DNA from: a virus
Lineage: Duplodnaviria; Caudoviricetes
Virus record (IMG/VR): IMGVR_UViG_3300032247_001523
Location: 1-51,227 of that record
Strand: one strand, 5' to 3'
Length of the DNA: 51,227 nt
The notes beneath the pieces were generated by a model that worked only from the letters and a program-made list of their open reading frames with translations, did no database searches and was not told where the DNA came from. A program made the position numbers and the translations under genes. How positions within the stretch are numbered: the stretch's first letter is position 1; each line of letters begins with the position of its first letter. Shown here in pieces: positions 31,101-39,700 of the stretch.

Positions 31101-32610
31101 CACGGGTTGAGTAAATTGGCTCGGGTGTAATAAACTTGTCAACTGGTATCAGTGTAATACCTGTTCCCACCCCTTCAACATAATAACTGTTGCCGGCATA
31201 AGTGCTGGGATTGGCTGTGGTGTCGAATTGAATTTTTAAACCATTGGTAAACACAACACCATTGGGGCTGGTATATTCTTGACGGCCCACAATGTCAATA
31301 TCAACATTGATCTTGGAATCAGTCACATCCAGAAGACTGATTTGTCCAACAAAACTTGAAGTGACTCCGTCTTGATAATACACAGCTGGCAAAATACTGG
31401 TCAAGTCTGGAATCTGTGTGTACAGTCCTGTGTCGTTGTTGATGTAAAAACTCAGTTCACCACGAGACGACCCGCCTTGCACATACACTTTTTGATTGGT
31501 GATGACCTGTGTTGACGGAACCAGTACAAATGTATAGTCTCCGTTACCATCTGCAACCAATTGAATTTTCCAAACATTTCTACGGATATCTCTAGGCACT
31601 ACTAGCCCGGTGCCAAACAAGCTAGAAAACAAGGTGTTGTATTGGGTCAGTGCCGATGTTGCAAACACATCCGGGGTTGTCCATTGAATATCGTCAATTG
31701 ACGAGTTGACAAATATTATTGTTTTGTTGTTTAGTTGGCTACGAACGCTGTCAATGCCGTCGTATGTGCCAATCACCTGACTGAGCAGTTGTCCTTGCAA
31801 TTGAGCATAGTCAAGATCTGTACTCAAATCTACTGTGATCAAGGGGTTGGTAGCTGTGACCATACGCACAAAAAAATCCTGTGCGTCGGGCAGTGGAACC
31901 TTGAATGTGATTTCGCCCACGTCAATACCGTTGTTGATCACACCGTAAATGTCTCGGCTGGAAGTGTTGGCGCGATTGGCTTTTAGTCCCGAAGTTCCAG
32001 GCTCAGTCTGAATCCAAAACGGATGCCCTGGTTGGTTAACAATAAATTTGTATGTGCCGCCGTGTGCCAAACGCAGAGTCGGGTTGGCACTTTGTCCTTG
32101 TCCGGTAAAGTAATAAGCGCCCGTGGTAGTATTACGTGTTACAGTATATGTTTCGCTTTTGCTGATTTGACTGCCAAACACTTCAACTTGGTCCGGGCCG
32201 TTGTCCAGCCAATAGTATTGGTTGAAATTAACAAACTTGTCAAAATCAAACAGTCCGTCAAAGCTGTAGCTTTCTCCGGTAAACATACGACTGTGATTTG
32301 TGGTATTGCCACCATAGTGCTCAATTTGTTGTAGTAGGTCGATGTAACTGGAAAAGAATTCCAAGTTGCCCTGTGCATCTTTGACCACTGCACCAGGCTC
32401 TAACTGATATTGTTGGCGACGAGCAGTAGGCTCAGGCTGATAGTTATCTGTGCTTTTGTATGTGGGGGCCACTGTGCGACCCACATAGGCGTTAATCTTG
32501 CGTAGGTCAGGCGGAGTTACCAGCTGATCAATAGTGGCATTTAAAAATTTCTGATTGGTATCAGTTCTAAATACCTGTGGTAAAAAATTAATACTTTTAA
32601 TTGCAGCCAT
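22111..32610 (-). CDS. Giant baseplate wedge/tail structural protein (3499 aa; 4210 codons if the TAG is read through)
   Basis: Directly downstream of gp6, the gp7 position in T4-like order; seven FG-GAP-like repeats; YIDEVKPYRT and NAGIGY..P.V...GGGGTGA motifs. Confidence 0.75.
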   Translation of the reverse strand: MAAIKSINFLPQVFRTDTNQKFLNATIDQLVTPPDLRKINAYVGRTVAPTYKSTDNYQPEPTARRQQYQLEPGAVVKDAQGNLEFFSSYIDLLQQIEHYGGNTTNHSRMFTGESYSFDGLFDFDKFVNFNQYYWLDNGPDQVEVFGSQISKSETYTVTRNTTTGAYYFTGQGQSANPTLRLAHGGTYKFIVNQPGHPFWIQTEPGTSGLKANRANTSSRDIYGVINNGIDVGEITFKVPLPDAQDFFVRMVTATNPLITVDLSTDLDYAQLQGQLLSQVIGTYDGIDSVRSQLNNKTIIFVNSSIDDIQWTTPDVFATSALTQYNTLFSSLFGTGLVVPRDIRRNVWKIQLVADGNGDYTFVLVPSTQVITNQKVYVQGGSSRGELSFYINNDTGLYTQIPDLTSILPAVYYQDGVTSSFVGQISLLDVTDSKINVDIDIVGRQEYTSPNGVVFTNGLKIQFDTTANPSTYAGNSYYVEGVGTGITLIPVDKFITPEPIYSTRGNSNPDYVTINRASQDLNPWTRSNRWFHIDVIKAAALYNNTIPLFNQTQRASRPIIEFEANLQLHNFGRLAKRPVDILDFDVLDARSTIELMDATSAMLQGVPLVQDTRIIFASDTDPTVRNQVFVVDVISLIDANTGNQVFKINLVPADDSSVNTYNNIIVTKGTNKGVQYWYDGYRWVVGQQKTLGADGLVVDPLFNVVDTKTGTAPTGFVGTKIFSYTRGTGTADSVLGFPLSYRNFNQIGDIQFTNNIETEGLGNKLLRQNTGLTAYNLRNVWRKNVEKTRQNQIISHTFNGRNVFFEIDITAATESTIPYFRVYINSLQTTYYSIKTVGVKTFVQILTYSSSNPDGPVLTKGDRIDILVYSDSVSKLGYYEIPQNLDLNTENVNFSSLTLGQLRNHLVTMTNNSNRVSGVVPGDSNLRDLQVKGQGGSIIQHASPVIYSELFLVDPEVNFVKGLELASHEYGKIKNKILETASKLSSIDLTNIPGIVDNILKNINAVKNKTFPWYYSDMVPYGDIKNTITYTVINAEIRDYEISSIFSSTTLSNTAVLIYVNNKQLVKDVDYVFDTTRAGITINSAYPLLAGDTIIINEYSNTDGNYIPETPTKLGLYPKFTPSRFVDTTYQTPVEVIQGHDGSITPVFGDFRDDVLLEFELRIYNNIKVDYAKNVFDLYNFLPGKFRKTDYVRAEFDRLLTKSFLRWVGGNRVDFTNNTYFEAGNPWTWNYKRFFDTVNGQRLPGAWRAIFKFFFDTDRPHTHPWEMLGFTVQPDWWQDRYGPAPYTGGNGVLWTDLEKGYIYSGDRAGIDSRFARPGLSKILPVDEYGLLRSPEQFLVKNFNSNQANGSFGVGDQGPVETAWRRSSDYAYAVQRAIALSHPAFYFGTLMNVGRYYKNTDLDQYVLSDTLQRITPAAFTINGPNARVAGYTNWVAEYLRSQGVDPDTKINNYLSKLKVQLAYKMAGYSDKTLVEVVAEQSSPTSTNQGVVLPNESYSINLHKSTPTTNVTYSAVIVEKSENGYTVSGYDVDNPYFTIIPSLANNQAYTITSGNSRAVIYKDYQKYKVTVPYGHEFNNKQQVVDFLISYERHLRARGITMTEMDTDLQIQRDFKLSVREFLGWSEQGWAPGNILVLSPVLNRLVVNTKSGVVDAIENRPGATRILDINFNVIKNTQFSVVRSDNRFSVEANLGQTIALAVFNIVEYEHVMIFDNVTVFNDIVYKPELGNRQYRLKLIGSKTGSWTGNLNPPGFIYNSPRVADWVSGTDYAKGSLVIYKDLYYAATSDLSATIEFKPSQWRQIPSSEIKTGLLPNFSYNAEKFKRFNDPDNLEVEGNFDRYSLGLIGFRPRQYLTDFGIDTQTQVKFYQGFIKEKGTLNAIKAFTAAGFNGVTSTINMYEEWAMRVGEYGALDNNKNVEVVLNEGLFNSDPVTFTLLPNNGVATDRVIGVTPDKLYKTSPGYQPNIYKNRDAKSVVNNDIPSAGYVYLDDVDTTIFDTGNYASLNQHLDVMKSGYKIWSAKATLGDWNVFRVTDIGNQIKQLDYTIDIVGTATLARTHNLGYGDLLVIKGFDPRVDGVYQVYNVVDAFRVEIVLYQNFEAIRQAKTITGLAPIYHLQSVRLTQPTDINTITPATGWHDSDKIWVDDAGNGQWAVFNKSTPWSANLSPFNPSMQLGNGYASYSGFGTVSAINNTGTFAAAGMPNLNRGNVVVFVANTANHNTLTAVANLGATHSSVSLYGASLDTAGNLLYVGNPGDGSTEAGRVHIYSYNGNTTMQWRQSITHSTTGDKFGSSISASADGEWLMVGAPFAGNVYVYQANTSGYYNLANTIVGNITANFGLTIKTTTDASQTIISAPYEQINGVAGAGAVYVYDRSIETFRANGNVYITQYPVSTETPVTVNGIINTNWTAPNANAIVFTVNNVPAYGSIINIESSKFQLLEKITADTPTSGAMFGIAAHISGNDADVYISSPGYSEPGYHSGVVYRYTNQGAAYGTITSTVYSPTVTVGDSVRINGRKITFTGTTVANVVADINSANISGVSAAIDFANVLTITSNVSTSYSRLVITPGPGTALRDLGLSVYSLGQTLKHPARDQVDQFGSQVISSADGRTLVIGASGGTTYNGTTFDNITTLFENGSTTFYGAIAGSGVAYVYGLVGSALTGTELDQYVLVQQLENTSLSTNDEFGAGMSMNAQTLLVGAPGDSGNYQFYGNGQLVQDANGRAVPIRNAGTYYTYNNFSGNVGWDVIRHQEPKVDIDSVTRMFVYNANTQVILTNLDFIDPAKGKILGAAEQDIDYKTNYDPAVYNSATGIDNYTMDVSVSTDYHWGATQVGKTWWNLDSVRYIDYEQGNLTYRSTHWGRPFPGSIVEVCEWVESAVPPSEYTGDGVPKYPNDEAFNVESYIDTSTKLVRSRYYFWVKDRTTVDTDKTNRLNTVSTIQDMILNPQAQAIPYAAVLRSDTVSLHGVTDMLTGNSIVLNMHYDTIRNTNIIHSEYQLVQEGNSNSLVPTRIVNKIKDSLAGIDAQNNPVPDPALPIQSRIGIDVRPRQTVFVNRLAAVKNFVEFCNNVFVTVPIVEEFNIQNLYSAEAVPTTGFDYTVNTKLELGYVDLTGRAGQYFLVINDESQSNLWTIYLYNGSTFALTRKQSYYTPFYWSTIDWYDSTYDPTVKPDYVVATTKDLQKYKFAAGKVAKVLNNGRGQFEVYRYTSATAKTLVGIENGTIQFNSNLYADGAANSTEMRIILDTLEQYIFIDTLKDKFNSLVFYMINYVLTEQPSLDWAVKTSFVSVLHQLRKLEQFPNYIKDNQTYYVNYIDEVKPYRTSLREYLLDYQGTDVFGGDVTDFDLPAAYDARSKTYRSPDGTKTYDSTTLSNNLAYREWNLNHKHGIRDVIVSNAGIGYYLEPAVTVIGGGGTGANVQAIVDLSTRTIKEFVVVKPGTGYTSTPSIFINGVGTGAIGTARLANEYYNETEVIQELTLSSNVTVYTANLIIQPNTNVEGSSYTNV

Positions 32611-32612
32611 TG

Positions 32613-35600
32613 TTAGTTAACGATTCCAGTTAAATTTTGATTTAATTGTGCGGCAGTGATAGCTGAGATAATTTCAACATTATCAACTGTGGCGGCACTT
32701 ACAATAACTTCGTCGGGGTTGGCATTGATCTGCATCAAGCTACCAAATGCAATATCTGTGCTGGACGGCACAATAATAATGCTGGCAATGTTGGGAGTCA
32801 ATGCATTGTGCAGATAAGTTGACAACTCTGAAAAATAGAATGTTTCACCAAAGTCCCAGTTTGCACTGTCAAAGTATGTGTTGATTGCACTGATCACAGA
32901 TGTTTTGATATCGTTGTCACTGACAGTGACATTGGGGTTCTTGACAACTTTAAATGTTGCCTGCAGATTCAAAGGTACCTTGTTGAGATCCAGACCAAAC
33001 ACAGGTTTAAATTTGCCTGAATTGTACACAATGGTATCACTCAATGCTTTGTAGTTTTCAAGACTGGTAGCGCCTGACCCGTATGCCTGTTTTAATTCTT
33101 CGTTGGTAGGCAAAGTTGGTGCTGTCAATGTGTTGCTAGTATCACGGATCCAGGCCATATAATCGGTTGCATACTGTTTGGTCAATATATACAGGTCCAT
33201 GATATTGTTTGGACTAGGATCAATGCGTCGATTATTTGGACTATTGTGTCTATACTGGAACCCCAGCATCTGACGACCCACTCGCGCAATATAGTCTGTT
33301 AGTTCTGTCAAACTGTTATTCACCAATTGGTAAAACTTATTTGCTGTGGTAGCATAAAAAATCTGGCCAGCGGTGTATAAACTGATGTCTGCATTGATGG
33401 CAGTAGCAGTGGCATACTTGGTCACAATTAATTTATTGTCAACTGGTACAAAATTTGTAAAGTTGCCACTGTTGGTAACACTCTGAAAAAATACATATTG
33501 ACGTACAACATCTGTGGTTACCAAATTGGTAAAGATGTCCGGGTTATCAGGAATTCCGTCGTTGTTGCTGTCAGGGAACGTGATCAATACTTTGGTGTTG
33601 TTTGCAAATCCATCGTTTTCTACCCAACGATCGTAAATGAACCATTTTTGTTCTTGTCCCAATGGCAAGGCTGAATCGGGTTGGCTGTTACTGCGTAACA
33701 CATTGATTTGATCGTGTAAAGTCAATCCAGTTTTGCTATCATAAACTTTGGCTTCTGGGTCAAAATAGAATCGTGTTTCTGCCAGGCTTTCAAACACATA
33801 ACGCTGACTGCGCCATACTAGATTATAACTGCTGCCGTTGTAGGTAAAAGCAACTACCCAACTGCTGTCAAGTCCTGTGTTGGACACATCGCCTTGATGT
33901 GCCAGGCTGAATGCACCTGTATTTAGATCCTGAGGCTGAATAATTTTCCAGCTTTGATAGAATGTGTCGTAGCGTAAGCCAAAGTTTTTGTAACTCTTGA
34001 TCAATGCCACAATCTGATCTGTGAATGTGGTATTTGGAATATCATTCTTGAACACAGGTATAATTTCTACCAGCTCAGGATATGCAGTTGCACCTGTCAT
34101 GGGTACCGGCATGGCTTCATTGAGTTTGATAATATTACCGCCGTTGTTGGTAATCACGGTGGCATAGATATAGCTACGATCGCCTTCGCCTGCCGGAGTG
34201 CCTGTACGAATAATATTTTGACTGTCAAAGTATCTGCTGGTTGAATCATTGGGCCCGGCACGGAATTTTAATATTGCACCCGGTGCAATATATTTTAAAT
34301 CATTATTGGTCAGCAGTCCCAAGCTATAAATTGTGGCCGATGCATTCATCAAATACCCATTCTGATTTGTTGGATACAGATTGGGAATCCAGCGCACAGT
34401 TCCTGGCCATGTTGGGCTGGCGCTGTTGTAGCGTGTGAAATTGGCATAATAGAACTGTTTGGTTTCTATGCTACTCAATATGGGTTTTAGCTGGCTGTAG
34501 ATGATGTTGTTGATATCGTTTACGGTGCTGAATGTAAATGTAGTACTATTCTGAGGAGTTTCTTTATAAATCCAGCCGTCGGCAGAAAATACATTGGTAC
34601 TAGAATATTTGCCAGTGGCATCTAATACATCTAGGTAGCGGCTAATGCCCGAGCTGGTACGGTTGACTGCCTTGACCTTCAGGATACTGTTAAAGTTGGT
34701 GTACGGGAAAAGATTGTAATCTTCTCCGGTGATCATACGGTTTTGAGTATAATATTGTTGTGGGGCTTTGGTTCGTATGTCGTTGATCAATTCACGAACA
34801 TCGGCATTGGCCACTGTGTAATGTAGGCTGGCACGAATTGTAATGGTTTCAATTCTGTTGTTACGGCTTACATAGCTTAGGGGAATCACAATGCCCTGCA
34901 TTTCGTCAGGAGTAATCTTGTATCTGCGACCATTGCTGTTGCGATAATAAACTCTAAAATTGCCTTGTGGCACATTTGAGAAAGACCCGTCGCCAAACAC
35001 CAGGTCCACTTGATCATTGGCACGAGTGTTAACTTGGAAAAGATTACGCTGGCTTTGTTTGTTGTAGATGATGTTTAGGCCCGACACCGCAGGAACCTGT
35101 GTCCACTGATTGTTGACTGTGCCATTGGTGTTTAGTTCATACAACCAAAGGTCTGAATTGTTGATGTTGTCGTGGTTTACGTTAACCACACGATTGGGCA
35201 AACTCTGTTGCAGATTCAAGGGCTGACTAGACAACGAGCCTTGTTTGAAGTACAAGAAATAACCGGTATTGTTGCTACCGTTGCCCAGATTATCGTTACG
35301 ATATAGAATATTGAAGCGTCCTTTTGGTGTGGGATCTGCTTCATAGATATAGTTTTGTCCACTAGTGGTTGCACTGACTGCTTCAAAAGCTGTTTTATTG
35401 CCTTCAATGATTGAAGAAAAACTGTAAGTGGCCACAACACCACGCACCAGGTTGACTGCATATTCGTCCGTTTGAATATTGTTTATTGATTGGCTGTTGC
35501 CGGGATTGCCAATCACTTGACTGGCCACAAGGCTGGCATTGAGAATAGCAGTCATTTGCTCTTGCCAGTCTGGGTTGGCAGTATCATTCCAGTTGATTAC

Positions 35601-36020
35601 CAAATTGGCTAGATTTAGGCCGTTGCTGTCAAATACCGATTCGCTGGTACTAACACTGTCAATTTTTAAAAGACCGCTGGCCGGAACATTTCGCTTGGGG
35701 TTATAGCTGATTAGTCGTGCCAATTTGAGGATACTGTCGCGACGCTCGGCTGTGTCCAAGAAATTTTCACGTGCATTTAAATCTGTACGGAAGGCCAGAC
35801 TTTGACCCAAGAAAGCAATGAGGTCAATTAGAGCAATGTACTCGCTGGATTCAGTAAAGTCGTTGAAATCTTCAGGGTAGTAGGTACGCAAATAGTCAAT
35901 CATGCTCTTGCGTAGCGTTTCAAAGTCGTAACTTTGGAAGTCAGCCTCACGGAAAGTCTGATAAAGTGTCTTCCAGTCCTGGTTTACTAATAGATTAGTC
36001 TGACGTGTAGTTATGGCCAT
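32613..36020 (-). CDS. gp6: Baseplate wedge subunit, T4 gp6-like
   Basis: DFETLRKSMIDYL...DFNDF.ESS...LIDLIAF...ENFLDTAERRDSILKLARLISYNPKR and AP..Y.TQNRMITGEDY; follows gp25. Confidence 0.85.
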   Translation of the reverse strand: MAITTRQTNLLVNQDWKTLYQTFREADFQSYDFETLRKSMIDYLRTYYPEDFNDFTESSEYIALIDLIAFLGQSLAFRTDLNARENFLDTAERRDSILKLARLISYNPKRNVPASGLLKIDSVSTSESVFDSNGLNLANLVINWNDTANPDWQEQMTAILNASLVASQVIGNPGNSQSINNIQTDEYAVNLVRGVVATYSFSSIIEGNKTAFEAVSATTSGQNYIYEADPTPKGRFNILYRNDNLGNGSNNTGYFLYFKQGSLSSQPLNLQQSLPNRVVNVNHDNINNSDLWLYELNTNGTVNNQWTQVPAVSGLNIIYNKQSQRNLFQVNTRANDQVDLVFGDGSFSNVPQGNFRVYYRNSNGRRYKITPDEMQGIVIPLSYVSRNNRIETITIRASLHYTVANADVRELINDIRTKAPQQYYTQNRMITGEDYNLFPYTNFNSILKVKAVNRTSSGISRYLDVLDATGKYSSTNVFSADGWIYKETPQNSTTFTFSTVNDINNIIYSQLKPILSSIETKQFYYANFTRYNSASPTWPGTVRWIPNLYPTNQNGYLMNASATIYSLGLLTNNDLKYIAPGAILKFRAGPNDSTSRYFDSQNIIRTGTPAGEGDRSYIYATVITNNGGNIIKLNEAMPVPMTGATAYPELVEIIPVFKNDIPNTTFTDQIVALIKSYKNFGLRYDTFYQSWKIIQPQDLNTGAFSLAHQGDVSNTGLDSSWVVAFTYNGSSYNLVWRSQRYVFESLAETRFYFDPEAKVYDSKTGLTLHDQINVLRSNSQPDSALPLGQEQKWFIYDRWVENDGFANNTKVLITFPDSNNDGIPDNPDIFTNLVTTDVVRQYVFFQSVTNSGNFTNFVPVDNKLIVTKYATATAINADISLYTAGQIFYATTANKFYQLVNNSLTELTDYIARVGRQMLGFQYRHNSPNNRRIDPSPNNIMDLYILTKQYATDYMAWIRDTSNTLTAPTLPTNEELKQAYGSGATSLENYKALSDTIVYNSGKFKPVFGLDLNKVPLNLQATFKVVKNPNVTVSDNDIKTSVISAINTYFDSANWDFGETFYFSELSTYLHNALTPNIASIIIVPSSTDIAFGSLMQINANPDEVIVSAATVDNVEIISAITAAQLNQNLTGIVN

Positions 36021-36044
36021 AGCTTAATTTTTACCCTTGTTTTG

Positions 36045-36051
36045 TATTTAT
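36045..36051 (-). promoter_or_regulatory. Putative late promoter (ATAAATA)
   Basis: ATAAATA in the intergenic gap, 24 nt before the gp6 ATG. Confidence 0.65.
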
Positions 36052-36075
36052 TCGGAAATAAAACTGGGTATATTA

Positions 36076-36453
36076 TTAAGCAGTGGTCAGTGTCTGACTG
36101 TTCTTGTCAAAGGATAATTTAAGTTGACCTGATTGATTTGATGGAATGTAAGTCAAATCCAACTCAATTTGTATGCCATGTTGGAAATCGGTCACGGTAA
36201 TATTGGTCAAGCGCAGCCGCGGATCAGATGATGCAATGGTAGTGATGTCCGTGATCACTGTTTGTTTCAGTGTGTCGGTCAATTGCTCAAACAACAGACT
36301 CCATATCACAGTTCCGTAATTGGGTTGCATGAGTTTCTCGCCTTTGCGAATGCTGAATTGATTGATCAAATCTTGTTTGACCAAGTCAAAATCCGTCACA
36401 CGAAATTTTTTCTTGCGTCCGTTTGTACTGAAACCTTTGTATAGTGTTGGCAT
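36076..36453 (-). CDS. gp25: Baseplate wedge subunit, T4 gp25-like
   Basis: DLVKQDLINQFSIRKGEKLMQPNYGTVIWSLLFE...DPRL; ATG at 36453 is the likely start, preceded by GTAAATA (36466-36460). Confidence 0.88.
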   Translation of the reverse strand: MPTLYKGFSTNGRKKKFRVTDFDLVKQDLINQFSIRKGEKLMQPNYGTVIWSLLFEQLTDTLKQTVITDITTIASSDPRLRLTNITVTDFQHGIQIELDLTYIPSNQSGQLKLSFDKNSQTLTTA

Positions 36454-36469
36454 AGTCAATATTTACCTA

Positions 36470-39400
36470 TTATTTTGGACCAGCTTGTCCCGGAGCCCAG
36501 GCTTTCCATTGGATGTGTACAGGATCGTTGAACTCGCCGCCCCAGCGTAGTCCATAACTGGCCAAGTCAACTGTGTTCTTGATTGTGGTTGCTTGAGATC
36601 CACAGTCCAGTGCAATACCCAAATTATGACTGTCTGGTCTGTTAGGATTGCCCGGAGGCGGTTGGTTCAAACCAGCCACAGGATTTGGACTTGGCAAGTG
36701 TCCGCCTGCGGCCTTCCAACGTTCGTACAGCGCCTGCTGTTCTTCGACGCTACGCTGTGCGCTGGACACAGTGACTTTGACACCTGTTTTGGCTTTGAAG
36801 TCGCGAGCCATTTTCAAGAATGCTGCCTTGCAAGTCGGATTCAATCTGTCAAAGTGAGCACGATCGCCGCTTCCACCGGTGAATGTAAACACATCACTTG
36901 GATTGATATCTGTGGTATTGTCTGTGGCCGGTGAATTGGCAGCGGCAGTGGTGTTGGTATTGTTGCTGAATGTGCCCAGACTGTCTATGGCATAGCGACC
37001 ATGATTGAAGTATACCCATGCTTCAACGTCCAGCTCATCTCTACCTTCGCCGGTACTGCGCCATTTTTTGGCTTTGTCGGCATCTCTGAATTGATGTGCC
37101 ACCAACAGCATGCCTGCTAATGTACACACATCATCAGTGGACTTGACACCTTGGTTGGCTACCAGTTTGTCATAGTAGGCCTGGAATTCTTCGTACTGTA
37201 TCTTGTCCTGTATGTTTCTATTGCCCAAGAACGCTTCAATATTTTTAATATTGTCTTTGCCGGTCCAGCTGGCTTCTTGAGCTGCCGCAGTAGCACCATA
37301 TTGGCCTACAGCATCAGGTTTGATGTAGCCGCGAGTGCTGTCAGCCAAGTACTTGGCATCTATCTGATACTTGCCAAAACGGTTCTTGTGTACTTTTTTA
37401 TAGTCCCAGCCCGACTGCATGAAGCCCAGTTCAGCATGCAAGCACTGAGCTTGTTTTTGTGTCAACTTGGGCGAGCCCGATCCAATGCCGCCAGGTGGTA
37501 TATATGCCTCAGTACTGTTTAGTTTTTCATTGGGGCAGGTGTTGCTGATGCTCTTGCCCTTGGCTCCGTTGATTCCAGCTTCGCCTGCGTCAGCTGGTGC
37601 TGAACCTGATCTAACTGGGTTACCCGACCCATCTGTGACCACTCCGCCCGATCCATCGGTGACCACCCCTTCGCCACCCGACGTTTTGGCGGCACCAGGC
37701 AGGGTATTGCCGTATTTTTGTTTGTATTCGGTAAAGTAGCGTTGGCGTTCACTGAGTCCATTGGTACCACCGTTGACAATTCTGGTAACGGCTGTGCAAT
37801 CGTTCCAATCTACTTTGGCAGTACGAGATGCTTTGTAGTTAAAAAAGAAGAAAACCACAATCTTGGCAGCATTCTTGGGATCTTCGCCTAGAGCCGGATT
37901 GCCGATCAAGTCTAGGCCCAGGAACGAACCAGCTTTGTTGTACACATCACGGCCAGTGATTTGAATAAAACCACGTCCTTTGTATTTTAGACCGTCGCCA
38001 GGCTGTGTATTGCCTAGATCTTTACGTCCTTCATACTTCTGGAAGTAACTGTCTTGACCAAGTTCTTTTAAGTATCTAAAGTTGCCAGACTCTAGTTTAC
38101 ATTGGGCCATGCAAGCTGCCAACATGGTGGTATCTTTGATATAGCCCGAACTCATCAAGGCACTTTGAACCAATTGTTCGTTATCGCCGCCCTTGGGCTC
38201 GATACCCTGTATATTGCCAGCACTTTGAGTTGCGGGTTTACAAGCATTGTCTGATTCTTGCTGTATTGCCGGATTGTCTGATGCGGCCTTGGAACGAGAC
38301 CAAGGTTCGTGTGCTGGTTTTGTAGACACAATACTTTCGTTTGCACCAGCCACACTTTCCCACAGTGGGTCAGCATAATTGGTATCTGCATGAGATACTT
38401 TTGTTGGTTTGTAGTCGGTGGCAGTATATGCACCGCCTCCGTCCAGTGCAACTGCGCTGCCTTTGATTGTTACTTCGCCGCTGGCACCAATGCCAATGGT
38501 TTGTGCGCCAATAGTCATATTTGATGCATTTTGATCTAGTGCGCCACCGGCGTGTATCAACAGGTTATCACTGACACTGATTTTTCCTGCTTGTGATGTC
38601 AGGAAAAACCCTTTGGTTGCATCCATGTGCAGTTCTTCGTTGGCCTGTATGTTGACATTCTTGTCGGCATGTATGTTGAAATCACCGCGGGCTCGCATGT
38701 TGATGTCTTGATTGGAAAAAACATTGATATCACCGTTTTTACATAGCTCAACCCAGGCACTGCCCTTGCTGTTAATAATATACAGAATGTCTTCTGTATC
38801 ATTCATTAGTAGTGTATGACCGCCACTGCTACGTAAGCGTAGTAATCTATCAGTGCCTCGTACATCTCCGTCGTCCATGACAAATGAGTGCCCACCTCGT
38901 CGTGAGTTTACTCTATTCCAATCAGACTCTGTGCCCTTGGCCAGTTTGTCTTCGTAGTTGGGATCATCAGCTGGGTCGTTTTTTAGTGGGCGTCCCGGTG
39001 TACTGATACCAAACACATGGCTAGGTGTTTCTCGTTGACTGCTGGAAGTTACTGCACCGCGAACAGGATCTCGATCTGTGCCTTGATGGTAAAGTATTTT
39101 TGTTTGAACTGTATGTACCGGTTTGGGATTTGCATAAAAATCTGTGGAGTACGCATCTGCTTTGTCGTTTTCGTTGTATTCTGCTACCGGCAAGAATTGT
39201 GCTTTTGGATCGTTCTTGAATCCTTTTTTGACGCTTTCATCTACAGTTTTGTCATCTACCACATTTCCCGCGGCCAAGCCTGGTACCATGTAGTGACTCA
39301 GTGTGGGGTTAACGCAGGCAAACCAATAGCCACGATCTGGATCTCCGTTGACAAACGTACACAACACTTGATTGCCGATGTCTGGAGTTACCATCCACAT

Positions 39401-39688
39401 ACCATATGTGTGATTTACTTGGTCAAATTTGTTGTCTTTGGCTTTGTTGTTGTCAACATTGGTTGCACCAAAATACGGGCTGGCATAGGCCATCGATCTC
39501 CAGTTTTGTTCTTGGTCGTCGCTGTCGCCCATGTCAGGAATCCAAACACGAATACGTCCACTGCGAGTTGGGTCTTTGTTGTCTTTGACCACACCAATGA
39601 ATGTGGCTGTATCATAACGTATGCCTTCGGGAGCATCACGCTTGTACGACCTTGATATTTGATTTCCTACACGTCTATTTGTTGTCAT
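36470..39688 (-). CDS. gp5: Baseplate hub spike, gp5/VgrG-like, fused to GH19, a lysozyme-like domain and an M15 peptidase
   Basis: OB-fold DPTRSGRIRVWIP...PDIGNQVLCTFVNGD; beta-helix GHSFVMDD...GHTLLMND; GH19 ESGNFRYLKE...YKGRGFIQITGR..Y...INGG-like VNGGTNGL; GKYQI domain; M15 SAQRS...SHNLGIALD...DPVHIQ. Confidence 0.85.
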   Translation of the reverse strand: MTTNRRVGNQISRSYKRDAPEGIRYDTATFIGVVKDNKDPTRSGRIRVWIPDMGDSDDQEQNWRSMAYASPYFGATNVDNNKAKDNKFDQVNHTYGMWMVTPDIGNQVLCTFVNGDPDRGYWFACVNPTLSHYMVPGLAAGNVVDDKTVDESVKKGFKNDPKAQFLPVAEYNENDKADAYSTDFYANPKPVHTVQTKILYHQGTDRDPVRGAVTSSSQRETPSHVFGISTPGRPLKNDPADDPNYEDKLAKGTESDWNRVNSRRGGHSFVMDDGDVRGTDRLLRLRSSGGHTLLMNDTEDILYIINSKGSAWVELCKNGDINVFSNQDINMRARGDFNIHADKNVNIQANEELHMDATKGFFLTSQAGKISVSDNLLIHAGGALDQNASNMTIGAQTIGIGASGEVTIKGSAVALDGGGAYTATDYKPTKVSHADTNYADPLWESVAGANESIVSTKPAHEPWSRSKAASDNPAIQQESDNACKPATQSAGNIQGIEPKGGDNEQLVQSALMSSGYIKDTTMLAACMAQCKLESGNFRYLKELGQDSYFQKYEGRKDLGNTQPGDGLKYKGRGFIQITGRDVYNKAGSFLGLDLIGNPALGEDPKNAAKIVVFFFFNYKASRTAKVDWNDCTAVTRIVNGGTNGLSERQRYFTEYKQKYGNTLPGAAKTSGGEGVVTDGSGGVVTDGSGNPVRSGSAPADAGEAGINGAKGKSISNTCPNEKLNSTEAYIPPGGIGSGSPKLTQKQAQCLHAELGFMQSGWDYKKVHKNRFGKYQIDAKYLADSTRGYIKPDAVGQYGATAAAQEASWTGKDNIKNIEAFLGNRNIQDKIQYEEFQAYYDKLVANQGVKSTDDVCTLAGMLLVAHQFRDADKAKKWRSTGEGRDELDVEAWVYFNHGRYAIDSLGTFSNNTNTTAAANSPATDNTTDINPSDVFTFTGGSGDRAHFDRLNPTCKAAFLKMARDFKAKTGVKVTVSSAQRSVEEQQALYERWKAAGGHLPSPNPVAGLNQPPPGNPNRPDSHNLGIALDCGSQATTIKNTVDLASYGLRWGGEFNDPVHIQWKAWAPGQAGPK

Positions 39689-39700
39689 GTTGTTGTTCCG

